A DNA stretch of 64,000 nt from an uncultured Pelagibacteraceae bacterium. Lineage in GTDB: Bacteria; Pseudomonadota; Alphaproteobacteria; Pelagibacterales; Pelagibacteraceae. Under the pieces are notes generated by a model. It was not told the origin of the DNA. It did no database searches and worked only from the letters and a program-made list of their open reading frames with translations. The DNA is taken from the NCBI GenBank assembly GCA_902607945.1, contig CACLMD010000001.1, positions 88,272-152,271 on the forward strand, given 5' to 3'. This document shows positions 38,378-48,790 of the stretch, piece by piece. Position 1 is the first letter of the stretch, and the number at the start of each line of letters is the position of its first letter. Both the position numbers and the translations under genes were made by a program.

Positions 38378-39832
38378 ATGAGTGAAGATTTAAAAATAGA
38401 CCCTTATGGATTTAGAGAATATGACGCCAGATGGGTGTATGAAAAAGACATAAATCAACTTGGAATTACGAATCTGGGCAAAGGATTAGGATCTCAAATT
38501 ATTGAACACACTAAAAAAAACAATCCTAGAGTAATTGTTGGGCATGACTACAGATCTTATAGTGAAGAAATAAAAACCGCACTTAAAAAAGGTTTAATTT
38601 CAACTGGCTGTTTAATCGAAGACATAGGATTATCATTATCACCTATGGTTTATTTTGCACAATTTAATCTAAATGCAGATGCTGTTGCAATGGTTACCGC
38701 AAGTCATAACGAAAATGGTTGGACGGGAGTTAAAATGGGTATCAGAAAAGGTTTAACTCATGCACCAGAAGAAATGAAAGAATTAAAAGACATTACATTA
38801 AATGAAAAATTTTTAGAAGGTAATGGAAAAGAAAAACTAATTAAGAATTTTAAAGAAATTTATAAGAAAGATCTAATAAATAAAAATAAGATTAGTAAAA
38901 AAATTAAAGCAGTTGTGGCATGTGGTAATGGTACAGCAGGAATTTTTGCGCCAGATATTTTAAGAGGAATAGGCTGCGAGGTAATTGAATTAGACTGTAA
39001 TTTGGATTGGACATTTCCAAAATATAATCCAAATCCTGAAGATTTGAAAATGCTTCATGAAATTTCTAAGGCAGTAAAACAAAATAATGCAGATATTGGT
39101 TTTGGATTTGATGGTGATGGTGATCGAGTTGGCGTAATTGATGATAAAGGTAAAGAAATATTTTCAGATAAGATTGGTTTGTTGATTGCAAGAAATTTGT
39201 CTAAAAAGCATAAAAACTCTAAGTTTATTGTGGATGTTAAATCAACTGGAATTTATAAAAACGATGAAATATTAAATATAAATCAATGTGAAACGATTTA
39301 CTGGAAAACAGGACATTCACATATAAAAAGAAAGGTGCACAACGAAAAAGCTTTAGCAGGATTTGAAAAAAGTGGCCATTTCTTTTTTAATCAACCACTA
39401 GGTTATGGATATGATGATGGAATAAACTCAGCAATTCAAGTTTGTCATTTGTTAAATAATCAAAATAAAAAAATAAGTGAGATAATGAATGAAATTCCAA
39501 AAACTTTTCAATCACCGACAATGGCTCCTTATTGTAAAGATGAAGAAAAATATAAAGTTGTTGCAGAAGCAGTAAAAGAAATAGAAAGATTAAAAAAAGA
39601 AAAAATCAAAATAGATGATCAAGAAATTTCAGAAGTATTAACAGTTAATGGCATAAGGTTTTCTTTTCAAGATGGTTCTTGGGGTTTAATTAGAGCTTCT
39701 TCAAATAAACCATCTCTGGTCATTGTAACTGAAAGTCTTACTTCAGATGAAAGAAAGAAAAAAATATTTGATTTTATTGATGATCTACTTCAAAAAACTG
39801 GAAAAATTGGCGAATATGACCAAAAGATTTAA
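38378..39832 (+). CDS. Phosphomannomutase/phosphoglucomutase
   Basis: FREYDAR, VTASHN, FDGDGDR and EKSGH motifs. Confidence 0.92.
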   Translation: MSEDLKIDPYGFREYDARWVYEKDINQLGITNLGKGLGSQIIEHTKKNNPRVIVGHDYRSYSEEIKTALKKGLISTGCLIEDIGLSLSPMVYFAQFNLNADAVAMVTASHNENGWTGVKMGIRKGLTHAPEEMKELKDITLNEKFLEGNGKEKLIKNFKEIYKKDLINKNKISKKIKAVVACGNGTAGIFAPDILRGIGCEVIELDCNLDWTFPKYNPNPEDLKMLHEISKAVKQNNADIGFGFDGDGDRVGVIDDKGKEIFSDKIGLLIARNLSKKHKNSKFIVDVKSTGIYKNDEILNINQCETIYWKTGHSHIKRKVHNEKALAGFEKSGHFFFNQPLGYGYDDGINSAIQVCHLLNNQNKKISEIMNEIPKTFQSPTMAPYCKDEEKYKVVAEAVKEIERLKKEKIKIDDQEISEVLTVNGIRFSFQDGSWGLIRASSNKPSLVIVTESLTSDERKKKIFDFIDDLLQKTGKIGEYDQKI

Positions 39833-39903
39833 TATTTAATAACTGAAATATTCAACTAATAAGTGTTAAAAAAAATATTAAGAATCATTTAATTATTAAT
39901 TGT

Positions 39904-39941
39904 GAGGTGATGGAGGGAGACTGAAATCACCTCTTTTTTTT
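39904..39941 (+). terminator. Rho-independent terminator-like hairpin
   Basis: GAGGTGAT-14 nt loop-ATCACCTC followed by T8, between convergent genes. Confidence 0.65.
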
Positions 39942-39949
39942 GTCTAAAA

Positions 39950-40735
39950 TTAGAGCTTAAAATACTCATATAAAAACTTTGAAGCTATAACTAATAAAAA
40001 TATTCCAAAAATTTTACTTATCTTATTTTTATCAATTCTATGAACTGTTCTAGCACCTATACGAGCCATAAAAGTTGTTATAGGAATAAAAATTAAAAAG
40101 GCAGGTATATTAATAAACCCTATACTTAATGGTAAATTAGTTTTTAAGAAACTTCCTGAAATTAAAAAGCCAACAGCTCCAAATAATGCTATTAAAAAAC
40201 CTATAGCTGCAGCGCTACCTATGGCTTTATTTATTGAGTATCCAAAAAATTTTAAAATAGGCACATTCATAATTGCACCACCTATTCCCATAGGGGCAGA
40301 TAAAAAACCAACAACAAATCCTAAAATAATTTTCAAGTGTAGTTTAATCTTGATAACAATATCTTTTTGTTTTTCTTTAATAATTATCAAATAAAAACTT
40401 AACAAAAAAATTATTATAGAAAAAAAGAGAACAAGTGCCTTGGTTTTTAAAGTTGCAGCAAAGATTGTACCAAAAATAACTCCAATAATAACAAATATCC
40501 CATAATTTTTAACAATATTAAAATCTACAGCTTTATATTTATGATGAGTTAGGACTGAAACTGTAGAGGTTGGAATAATAATTGCAAAAGATGTTCCAAC
40601 GGCTAAATGCATTATATATTGAGTATCAACTCCCAATAAACCAAAAATATAATAAAGAAAAGGTACTGTTATTAATCCTCCACCAATACCAAATAAACCA
40701 GCGACAAATCCAACAGGGATTGCGGTCAAGGCCAT
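39950..40735 (-). CDS. TSUP/TauE family membrane transporter
   Basis: AGLFGIGGG..VP, AVGTS and repeated GIGGA motifs; hydrophobic. Confidence 0.88.
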   Translation of the reverse strand: MALTAIPVGFVAGLFGIGGGLITVPFLYYIFGLLGVDTQYIMHLAVGTSFAIIIPTSTVSVLTHHKYKAVDFNIVKNYGIFVIIGVIFGTIFAATLKTKALVLFFSIIIFLLSFYLIIIKEKQKDIVIKIKLHLKIILGFVVGFLSAPMGIGGAIMNVPILKFFGYSINKAIGSAAAIGFLIALFGAVGFLISGSFLKTNLPLSIGFINIPAFLIFIPITTFMARIGARTVHRIDKNKISKIFGIFLLVIASKFLYEYFKL

Positions 40736-40775
40736 TAATAAAATGATATAACTATATTCGTTTGCAAAAATTAAA

Positions 40776-41768
40776 TTAAGCAGATTGACCTACATTTGTA
40801 TCAACATTGTTGTATTTAATCTTATCCATAATGTGATCAATTTTTTTTACGTCCGCATCCCGTACACACATATTTTCACTTAAATATCTTTTCCAGTAAC
40901 TAGCGCCAGTCTGTCCATGAAATAATCCTAGTGTATGTCTCATAATTTGATTTAATCTAGTCCCTTTCTTAAGTTCTTCTTTTACATATGGAATTAATTG
41001 TTCAATTACATCTTGTCTACTTGGAATGTCATTGTTATTATAAATTTGTTTTTCTATATCCGCTAAAATGTATGGTGTGTGGTAAGCAGCTCTGCCGATC
41101 ATAACCCCATCTGTTTTTTTAAGATGAGGTTTAATTTGGTTAACTAAAGTTATTCCTCCATTAATAATTATTTCATCACTAGGAAAATCTTTTTTTAATT
41201 TGTAAACGTATTCATATTTTAAAGGAGGAATGTTTAAGTTTTGTTTAGGTGTAAATTTCCCTAACATAGCTTTTCTTGCATGAATTATAAATGTTTTTAT
41301 TCCAGTTGACTTAAGTTTTGAAATAAAATTATAAAGATTCTCATAATCTTCAACATCATCATATCCAATTCTTGTTTTGATGGTCACTGGTAATTTTGTA
41401 ACTGCCTGCATTTTACTTAAACAATCTCCAACTAAATTAGGCTCTTTCATTAAGCAGGCACCAAATTTATTTTTTTCTACTTTTTTACTGGGACAACCTA
41501 AGTTTAAATTTATTTCATCATATCCAAAATCTTCACCAATTTTAGTTGCCTCTGATAAAAGTTTGGGAGAAGATCCTCCCAACTGAAGAGCTACTGGTTT
41601 TTCATTAATATTAAATTCAAGTAATTTCTTTTTATCACCTCTATTAATTGCTTCATCTACAATCATTTCAGTGTAAAGAAGTGTATTTTTCGAAATTAAT
41701 CTTAGAAAATACCTTTCATGTCTGTCAGTGCAATCCATCATAGGAGCCACTGAAACTTTCCTATTCAT
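40776..41768 (-). CDS. dusA: tRNA dihydrouridine synthase A
   Basis: VAPMMDCTDRH, QLGGS, NLGCPS and IHARKA motifs. Confidence 0.93.
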   Translation of the reverse strand: MNRKVSVAPMMDCTDRHERYFLRLISKNTLLYTEMIVDEAINRGDKKKLLEFNINEKPVALQLGGSSPKLLSEATKIGEDFGYDEINLNLGCPSKKVEKNKFGACLMKEPNLVGDCLSKMQAVTKLPVTIKTRIGYDDVEDYENLYNFISKLKSTGIKTFIIHARKAMLGKFTPKQNLNIPPLKYEYVYKLKKDFPSDEIIINGGITLVNQIKPHLKKTDGVMIGRAAYHTPYILADIEKQIYNNNDIPSRQDVIEQLIPYVKEELKKGTRLNQIMRHTLGLFHGQTGASYWKRYLSENMCVRDADVKKIDHIMDKIKYNNVDTNVGQSA

Positions 41769-41790
41769 ATTATAACTTTATATTATTTTG

Positions 41791-42327
41791 CTATGAGTTT
41801 GAAGTCTCTGAATCTTCTGTGTCTAATTCTTCTTTTTGATTTTCTTGTTCTGAAACTTCGTCTAAAGAAATTTCACCATGTTCATTCATAATTTCATCAT
41901 CTGAAGTGGAATCTGCATCTGGCTTAGCTGTTTTTGATAGTTCAGCTAAATCATCCTGGGAAACTTGAATTTTTTCTGGGGCTTTTCTAGCTCTTTTTGA
42001 CGGTAAAATTGGTGTTCCACTTTTTGAAATTTCACCTTTATATAAACTTTCAAAATCATCACCTACTTCTTCGTCGTCATCTGCTCCATCATCAATTTGT
42101 TCAACATGTTTCCTTAATTTATAAACTGCGCTTTCAGTTAAATCTTTAACTTGTATTTTTTCTTCAGCAATTTCTCTTAATGATATTACTGTATTTTTAT
42201 CATTATCTTTATCTATTGTAGCCTCTACACCAGAATTTAGTTGGGTTGCTCTTTCCTTAGCTACCAAAACTAATTCATATGGACTATCAACTTTATCGAT
42301 ACAATCTTCAACTGTTACTCTTGCCAT
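41791..42327 (-). CDS. rpoZ: RNA polymerase omega subunit with long acidic tail
   Basis: MARVTVEDC...ELVLVA..RA...[12 protein letters not shown]. Confidence 0.93.
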   Translation of the reverse strand: MARVTVEDCIDKVDSPYELVLVAKERATQLNSGVEATIDKDNDKNTVISLREIAEEKIQVKDLTESAVYKLRKHVEQIDDGADDDEEVGDDFESLYKGEISKSGTPILPSKRARKAPEKIQVSQDDLAELSKTAKPDADSTSDDEIMNEHGEISLDEVSEQENQKEELDTEDSETSNS

Positions 42328-42370
42328 GCGCAGTATCTACACAGTGAAGTTTAAAAAATCAAGGAGATTT

Positions 42371-43579
42371 TTATATATATTTTGGATTTAGCTTATTTCT
42401 AACAAAAAATAGAAGAATAATGGAAACAAAGATGTAGACAAAAGATACTAATGCAATTTGCTCAATAGAATATCCATTATCTATCAAAAAGCCAAATAAA
42501 GCAGTTCCAAAAGCTGTTGAAAATACCATTAAAGCTGTTGTCAAAGCTTTAATAGATCCAATGTATTTTACTCCATAAATTTCAGCCCAAGTAGAGGAGC
42601 CTAAAACATTGGCCAGGCCATTAGATACACCAATTAAACCTAAAAATACAAATGCTGTTATAGGACTGTCGAAAAAAATCAAAACTAGAGTTGAAAACAA
42701 TAATGGAATATTCATAAAAATTAATAATTTTCTACTTGTAAATTTATCGATTAAAAATCCTGAAGCTAACAAGGTAAATACGGATAAAACTGAATATACC
42801 ATAAAGGATTGTGCAATTATAAAAGTACCCCAATCCTTAGACTCAGTAATAAATGACTGATAAACAAATACTCCTGTAGCAATCCAAGGCATAGCTAGCA
42901 TATTTAAACAAACAATATAAAATCTATAATCTTTAAGAACCTCAATTCTTTTCCATTGTTTAATATTTTTTTCTTTATAATCATTTTCGTTTGTTTCTTC
43001 TCTAGAGTCAAAATTCAAACTTTTAATCAAAATAAAAGAAATTATTGGTAAAAATATTAAAACTAAAATCGAAATTGAGGTCCAAATATTTTGCCATGAA
43101 GTAATAGTCAATAGATATACTATTAGAACTGGAAGGATGAATTCTGCTGTTGAAAGACCAAACCAACCAGTGCTTAAAGCCTTTCCCCTAGATTTTGTAA
43201 AATATCTCGAAATTGTAGTTGTTGCTGTATGAGACATCATCCCCTGCCCTGAAAATCTCATCAAAAATATCGCAATAAATAAAAACATAACTGATGAAAT
43301 TTTTGAAAAGAAAAAACATGAAAAAGAAAGAAGTAAAGTTACAAAAAATGCAAATTTGAAAATATCAATATCATCTATTTTTTTTCCAACCCAAATTAAA
43401 AGAAAGCTACTTAATAAAGTTGCTGAAGCATAAATTGATCCAAATTGTCCCTGCGTAATGGAAAGTGTGTCACGTATACTGGAATTAAACAGGCCGAGAA
43501 AAAAACTCTGTCCAAAACTTGAAAAAAATGTAAATATAAAACCAAATATAATTACTTTTAAACTTAAACTCTTAAACAT
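42371..43579 (-). CDS. MFS transporter
   Basis: About 12 TM segments; SSFGQ, GKKID and RGKALS motifs. Confidence 0.85.
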   Translation of the reverse strand: MFKSLSLKVIIFGFIFTFFSSFGQSFFLGLFNSSIRDTLSITQGQFGSIYASATLLSSFLLIWVGKKIDDIDIFKFAFFVTLLLSFSCFFFSKISSVMFLFIAIFLMRFSGQGMMSHTATTTISRYFTKSRGKALSTGWFGLSTAEFILPVLIVYLLTITSWQNIWTSISILVLIFLPIISFILIKSLNFDSREETNENDYKEKNIKQWKRIEVLKDYRFYIVCLNMLAMPWIATGVFVYQSFITESKDWGTFIIAQSFMVYSVLSVFTLLASGFLIDKFTSRKLLIFMNIPLLFSTLVLIFFDSPITAFVFLGLIGVSNGLANVLGSSTWAEIYGVKYIGSIKALTTALMVFSTAFGTALFGFLIDNGYSIEQIALVSFVYIFVSIILLFFVRNKLNPKYI

Positions 43580-43590
43580 ATAAAAAATTT

Positions 43591-44461
43591 ATGACTTGTA
43601 ATGTTGCTTTCATAGGTCTTGGGGTGATGGGCTACCCAATGGCAGGATATATATCAAAAGCAGGACATAATGTAACTGTTTTTAACAGAACTAAATCTAA
43701 AGCTGAAAAATGGACAAATGAGTACAAAGGTAAAATGGCTGAAACTCCTGCAGAGGCAGCTAAAGATGCTGAATATATTTTTACCTGTGTTGGAAATGAC
43801 AATGATTTAAAAGAAGTTACATTTGGTGAAAATGGTATTTTCAAAACAATTAAAAAAGGTTCTGTTTATATTGATAACACCACTGCATCTGCAACAATAG
43901 CAAGGGAAATTCATGGATATGCAAAAAAAAATGGTTTTGGTTCTTTAGATGCTCCTGTATCTGGCGGTCAAGCTGGCGCAGAAAATGGTGCGCTAACAGT
44001 TATGATTGGTGGAGATCAAACTGACTTTGATAAAGCAAAAGATAAAATCGATTGCTATAGCAAAAAAAATGAAATTACTTGGTAAGGCTGGAAGCGGTCA
44101 ACTTGCAAAAATGGTTAATCAAATTTGTATTGCTGGATTGGTTCAAGGTTTGTCTGAAGCTATCAATTTTGGAATGAAAGCTGGACTAAACATGGAAGAT
44201 GTAATTGAGGTGATTTCGAAAGGTGCTGCTCAATCTTGGCAAATGGAAAATAGATACAAAACAATGATCGATGATAAATTTGATTTTGGTTTTGCTGTAG
44301 ACTGGATGAGAAAAGATCTTAAAATTGCAATGGATGAAGCAAAAAATAATGGTTCACTACTACCAGTTACTGAACTTGTAGATAAATTTTATGGAGAAGT
44401 TCAAGGAATGGGTGGTAACCGTTGGGATACTTCAAGTTTAATAAAAAGATTTAGAAAGTAA
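43591..44461 (+). CDS. NAD(P)-dependent beta-hydroxyacid dehydrogenase (MmsB/GarR family; appears frameshifted by +1 at A8 44062-44069)
   Basis: FIGLGVMG and DAPVSGG in ORF1; GQLAKMVNQ and MRKDL in ORF2. Removing one A fuses them (CYSKKMKLLG). Confidence 0.88.
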
Positions 44462-44464
44462 TGT

Positions 44465-45064
44465 ATGCAGCCTGCATACTATGAAAACCTAGAAGAAATT
44501 GAAAAAAAGTATTGGTCTATGCTAGACGATGCAGTGACTAACAGAGCTTCATCTTTTAGAATTCCTGTCTTTATGTGTTCTCATGAAAATGAAATAGATG
44601 GAAGAATAGTGGTTTTAAGAAAATCAGATAGAGAGAATAATCTATTACAATTTCACACTGATCTTAGATCGCCAAAAGTTGATATTCTAAAAAAAAATAA
44701 TAAAGCCTCATTACTTTTCTATGATAAGGAAGAAAAAATCCAATTAAGAGTAAAAGTTGATTGTGAAATAAACAACCAAAATTCTATTACAGAAAAATCT
44801 TGGAAAAAAACTCAACATATAAGTAGAAGATGCTATTTAACTGATAGTCCTCCTGGAACTACATCAGATAATCCAACATCTGGAATGATATCCAAATTAG
44901 AGAATTTTGACTATACAATAGAACAAAGTGAGGATGGTTATAAAAACTTCACTGTTATTAAGTGTAAAATTAAATCTATTGAGTGGTTATATCTTGCAGC
45001 CAAAGGACATCGTAGAGCAAAATTTGATTTAGAAAATAATAAAAATAATTGGTTAGTTCCTTAA
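44465..45064 (+). CDS. Pyridoxamine 5'-phosphate oxidase-like FMN-binding protein
   Basis: RIVVLR, FHTDLRSPK, QLR and GHRRA motifs. Confidence 0.8.
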   Translation: MQPAYYENLEEIEKKYWSMLDDAVTNRASSFRIPVFMCSHENEIDGRIVVLRKSDRENNLLQFHTDLRSPKVDILKKNNKASLLFYDKEEKIQLRVKVDCEINNQNSITEKSWKKTQHISRRCYLTDSPPGTTSDNPTSGMISKLENFDYTIEQSEDGYKNFTVIKCKIKSIEWLYLAAKGHRRAKFDLENNKNNWLVP

Positions 45065-45069
45065 AAAAC

Positions 45070-45783
45070 ATGAAAAATGTTTATAATGTAATCATTCTAA
45101 TAATATTTAATTTTTTTTTAGATACCAATCAGATCTTTGCTGAAACTAAAAATGAATTATCTTTTAGTATAGCAGCAGGTAATGGAATAATGGAAAATGT
45201 CAAAGGTATGCACACACCTGTTACAAATAACCTTGGTACAAATATAAAAGGCTTAGTATTAGATGATGATAGTTTAAATACAATTTATTCAATTGGTATT
45301 GATTATAATAAATATATAAATAAAAATTTATATTTAAATTCAGGTATATCTTTTGCTCGCCATTATACTGTGGATACTAATATTACTTTTGATGGTGGCT
45401 ATAATTCTGAATTCCCTGAAATATATTTTAGAGGTTTAGCTTTTGAACTTGGTCCAAGTTATAGGTTTAATCAAGTTCCAAAAATTACTCCCTATATAGG
45501 ATTAAATGCATCATATTTTTTAGGTGAACAAACTGATACAAACTACGGTATTAATGGTATCGATACTTATGGAGAAGAAGGTCCGGAAACTTATGTTAAA
45601 TGTCTCGGTATAACTCCTAACTTAGGTTTTTTTGTAAAATCTGGATTTCTTAAAGGATATGGTTTTTTAATAGAAAATTTAATTTTAGAATGTGATAATG
45701 ATCACAATAGAAGTATGACTGAAGGATATGAGGCTGACTTTAATATTATCCAATATCGACTTGATTACAGAATATCATTTTAA
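45070..45783 (+). CDS. Putative outer-membrane beta-barrel protein
   Basis: Signal peptide, alternating beta strands (ITPYIGLNASY) and C-terminal YRISF. Confidence 0.65.
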   Translation: MKNVYNVIILIIFNFFLDTNQIFAETKNELSFSIAAGNGIMENVKGMHTPVTNNLGTNIKGLVLDDDSLNTIYSIGIDYNKYINKNLYLNSGISFARHYTVDTNITFDGGYNSEFPEIYFRGLAFELGPSYRFNQVPKITPYIGLNASYFLGEQTDTNYGINGIDTYGEEGPETYVKCLGITPNLGFFVKSGFLKGYGFLIENLILECDNDHNRSMTEGYEADFNIIQYRLDYRISF

Positions 45784-45797
45784 TTAAAATCATTTAA

Positions 45798-46610
45798 CTA
45801 AAATCGTAGTAAAAGTAATCTTTTTAACATACTTAATATCATAAAGAAAAAAGTATAAATTTTATAAAATACTTTGTACTTAAAATAATATCTTGTTGAC
45901 TTACCTAATCTAGATGATTTTTCATTAAATTTCATATCTTCATATGAATGATTTAAAACCTCTTTACTTAATTTATCATTCACACCTTTTCTAACAAAAA
46001 CCAAATTGTGATAAAAAGAAATATTTGTAATCTTAGCATCATACATACGAGAAATATAAAAAGGATTAGCAATTTCTTGATAATTTAATCTGTCAGTCAA
46101 GTGTTTAAAAAAATTCATGTGTGAGTCTGAATATTTCAAATCAAAAGGATTCCCACCAAAAAAGTGATTATAGCTTGTTTGTATATCTTCAACCACATAC
46201 AAGCCATCATTATTTAAGTGAGGAAAAAGTAAGTGAAAGCTTTTAATAACATCTTTTTTTAAATGACTTCCATCATCTATTATAATATCAAAATTTCCAT
46301 ATTGATTGATTAACTTATTAATAAATTTTTCATCACTTTGTGATCCTCGGTGAACTTTAATGTTACTTCTTTCTAATTTTTTTTCTTGAATATCTATTTT
46401 ATGAATATCAATACCAATAATAGTCGAATTTTTGAAATAATCTGACCACATTAATAAAGATTTTCCATCTGCTATACCTATTTCTAGAATTTGTAATTTT
46501 TGATCTCTTATATTTTGAAAATATTTTTCATAAACAGCTGTGTACCCATGGTCTAGCTTATCTGTTTTATAAATTTCAGCAATTGAGGTGAGATTTTTTG
46601 TTGCTGTCAT
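45798..46610 (-). CDS. SAM-dependent (sugar O-)methyltransferase
   Basis: TDK..HGY, LEIGI, FDIIIDDGSH and GLYVVED motifs. Confidence 0.8.
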   Translation of the reverse strand: MTATKNLTSIAEIYKTDKLDHGYTAVYEKYFQNIRDQKLQILEIGIADGKSLLMWSDYFKNSTIIGIDIHKIDIQEKKLERSNIKVHRGSQSDEKFINKLINQYGNFDIIIDDGSHLKKDVIKSFHLLFPHLNNDGLYVVEDIQTSYNHFFGGNPFDLKYSDSHMNFFKHLTDRLNYQEIANPFYISRMYDAKITNISFYHNLVFVRKGVNDKLSKEVLNHSYEDMKFNEKSSRLGKSTRYYFKYKVFYKIYTFFFMILSMLKRLLLLRF

Positions 46611-46619
46611 CTTTTTAAT

Positions 46620-47132
46620 TTAAAATATAGATTTAGAATACTTTTTCCAATTTTCTTGGTAATGTTTAGTATTTTCAAAAACAGCTTTTTTTTCTTCTTC
46701 TGTAACTTCTCTTACAATTTTTCCTGGAGAACCAACTACCAAAGAGTTGTCGGGAATCTCTTTATTTTCAGTTATTAAGGCTTTAGCACCAACAATACAA
46801 TTTTTTCCAATTTTGGCTTTATTAAGAATAACGGCTCCAATTCCAATTAAGCTATTGTCTCCGATCGTGCATCCATGAAGCATAACTAAATGACCAACTG
46901 TTACATCTTTTCCAATTTTTAATGGGCAGCCTGGGTCAGTATGTAAAACACTTCCATCTTGTACATTTGAACCTTCACCAACATAAATATTTTCAATATC
47001 ACCTCTTAAAACTGCATTAAACCAAATACTTGAATTTTTTTCTAATGTAACGTCTCCTATAATGGTTGCATTAGGTGCGACCCAATTTTCGCCAGAGTTT
47101 TTTGGTTTTTTATCTTTTAAATCATAAAACAT
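46620..47132 (-). CDS. Gamma carbonic anhydrase family protein
   Basis: Hexapeptide repeats; RGD, NVQD.SVLH and GH..MLHGC motifs. Confidence 0.9.
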   Translation of the reverse strand: MFYDLKDKKPKNSGENWVAPNATIIGDVTLEKNSSIWFNAVLRGDIENIYVGEGSNVQDGSVLHTDPGCPLKIGKDVTVGHLVMLHGCTIGDNSLIGIGAVILNKAKIGKNCIVGAKALITENKEIPDNSLVVGSPGKIVREVTEEEKKAVFENTKHYQENWKKYSKSIF

Positions 47133-47152
47133 AATTTATATATTATTACATT

Positions 47153-47704
47153 ATGCCAATACAAACTCCAATATGTGATTTCGGCCAAAAGGCTCATGAC
47201 TTTAAGCTTAAATCTACAGATAACAAAATTATATCTTTAGACGATATCAGGGGAGATAATGGAATTTTGATAATGTTTATCTGTAATCACTGTCCTTATG
47301 TTAAAGCCGTTACAAAAGATATTGTTGAAGATTGCAAAAAATTAAAAGCTGTAGGAATAAATTCAGTAGCTATATGTGCAAATGACTCAGAAAATTATCC
47401 TGAAGACTCTTTTGAAAATATGATCGAATTTGCTAAAAAAAATCTATTTACTTTTCCATATTTAATTGATGAAACTCAAGAAGTTGCCAAAACATATGAT
47501 GCAGTATGTACTCCAGATTTTTTTGGTTATAATCAAAATTTAGAACTTCAATACAGGGGAAGATTAAGAGAATTAAAGAATTTAATTCCAGTAAGAGAGG
47601 GTGAAAGTGATTTGCTTAAAGCAATGAAACAAATTTCTGAGACTGGTAAAGGACCTGAGAACCAAACACCAAGTGCTGGATGCAGCATTAAGTGGAAACA
47701 ATAA
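47153..47704 (+). CDS. Thioredoxin-fold (AhpC/TSA-like) protein
   Basis: ICNHCPYV, AVCTPDFF and GCSIKW motifs. Confidence 0.88.
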   Translation: MPIQTPICDFGQKAHDFKLKSTDNKIISLDDIRGDNGILIMFICNHCPYVKAVTKDIVEDCKKLKAVGINSVAICANDSENYPEDSFENMIEFAKKNLFTFPYLIDETQEVAKTYDAVCTPDFFGYNQNLELQYRGRLRELKNLIPVREGESDLLKAMKQISETGKGPENQTPSAGCSIKWKQ

Positions 47705-47707
47705 TTA

Positions 47708-48790
47708 ATGTATTTAATAGTTACTAGAGCTTTTCCTCCAGAATTAGGTGGTATGCAAAGTTTAATGTGGGGTTTAGCAAGAGAAATGTCAAAAAATTTT
47801 TTAATTAAAGTTTTTGCAGATTATTATGAAAATCATAAAGAGTTTGACGAAAAAGTAAATTTTTCTATTGAAAGAATTGGAGGGTTTAAATTTCTGAGAA
47901 AAATAAGAAAAGCACAGTTAATTGATGAAGTATCTAGAGAAAATAAAATTAATGGTATTATTGGAGATCACTGGAAAAGCTTAGAACTTCTTAAATCTAA
48001 TAAAAAGAAATTTTGCTTAATTCATGGAAAGGAAATTAACCATCCGAAAGGAAGTAGATTAAATAATCGTATTTTAAAAGTTTTAAACAATGTGGAAAAA
48101 GTAATAGCTAATTCTCAGTATACAAAAAATTTAGCGATTCAGATTGGTGTTAATGAACAAAAAATTATTGTAATAAATCCAGGTATTGATCAAATTAAAG
48201 AACTAGACAAAAAATCGATTGATAAAGTTGAAAGTTTATTAAAAGTTAAAACACCTCGACTAATTACTGTTTCTAGATTTGATAAAAGAAAAAATCATGA
48301 AAAAGTAATTATGGCTATTAAAAATTTAAAACAAATTTATCCAGATATTGTTTACATTTGTATTGGTCATGGAGATCAGGAAGAAAACATAAAAAAACTA
48401 GTTAAAGAGCTAGGTCTTGAGGCTCAGGTAATGTTTTTTAAAGATATTTCTGAAAATTTAAAAAATGCATTGGTTTTTAAATCTAATATATTTGTAATGC
48501 CATCTATTGAGTACAAAACTTCAGTAGAAGGATTTGGGATAGCTTATATTGAAGCTGCACAATTAGGTATTCCATCACTTGGTGGCAAAGATGGAGGTGC
48601 AGTGGATGCTATTCAGCATGATAAAACTGGTTTAATTTGTGATGGAAACAATTTAGATGAAATATATTCGTCATTAAACTTAATGTTAGAAAATAAAAAA
48701 TTTATAGAATTTGGTAAAAATGCAAAATTAAATTCTAATAAATTTCTTTGGTCAAATATTATAGAAAATTATAAAGAATTATTAATGTAG
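47708..48790 (+). CDS. Glycosyltransferase family 4
   Basis: FPPELGG, SRFDKRK and EGFGIAYIEA motifs. Confidence 0.9.
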   Translation: MYLIVTRAFPPELGGMQSLMWGLAREMSKNFLIKVFADYYENHKEFDEKVNFSIERIGGFKFLRKIRKAQLIDEVSRENKINGIIGDHWKSLELLKSNKKKFCLIHGKEINHPKGSRLNNRILKVLNNVEKVIANSQYTKNLAIQIGVNEQKIIVINPGIDQIKELDKKSIDKVESLLKVKTPRLITVSRFDKRKNHEKVIMAIKNLKQIYPDIVYICIGHGDQEENIKKLVKELGLEAQVMFFKDISENLKNALVFKSNIFVMPSIEYKTSVEGFGIAYIEAAQLGIPSLGGKDGGAVDAIQHDKTGLICDGNNLDEIYSSLNLMLENKKFIEFGKNAKLNSNKFLWSNIIENYKELLM

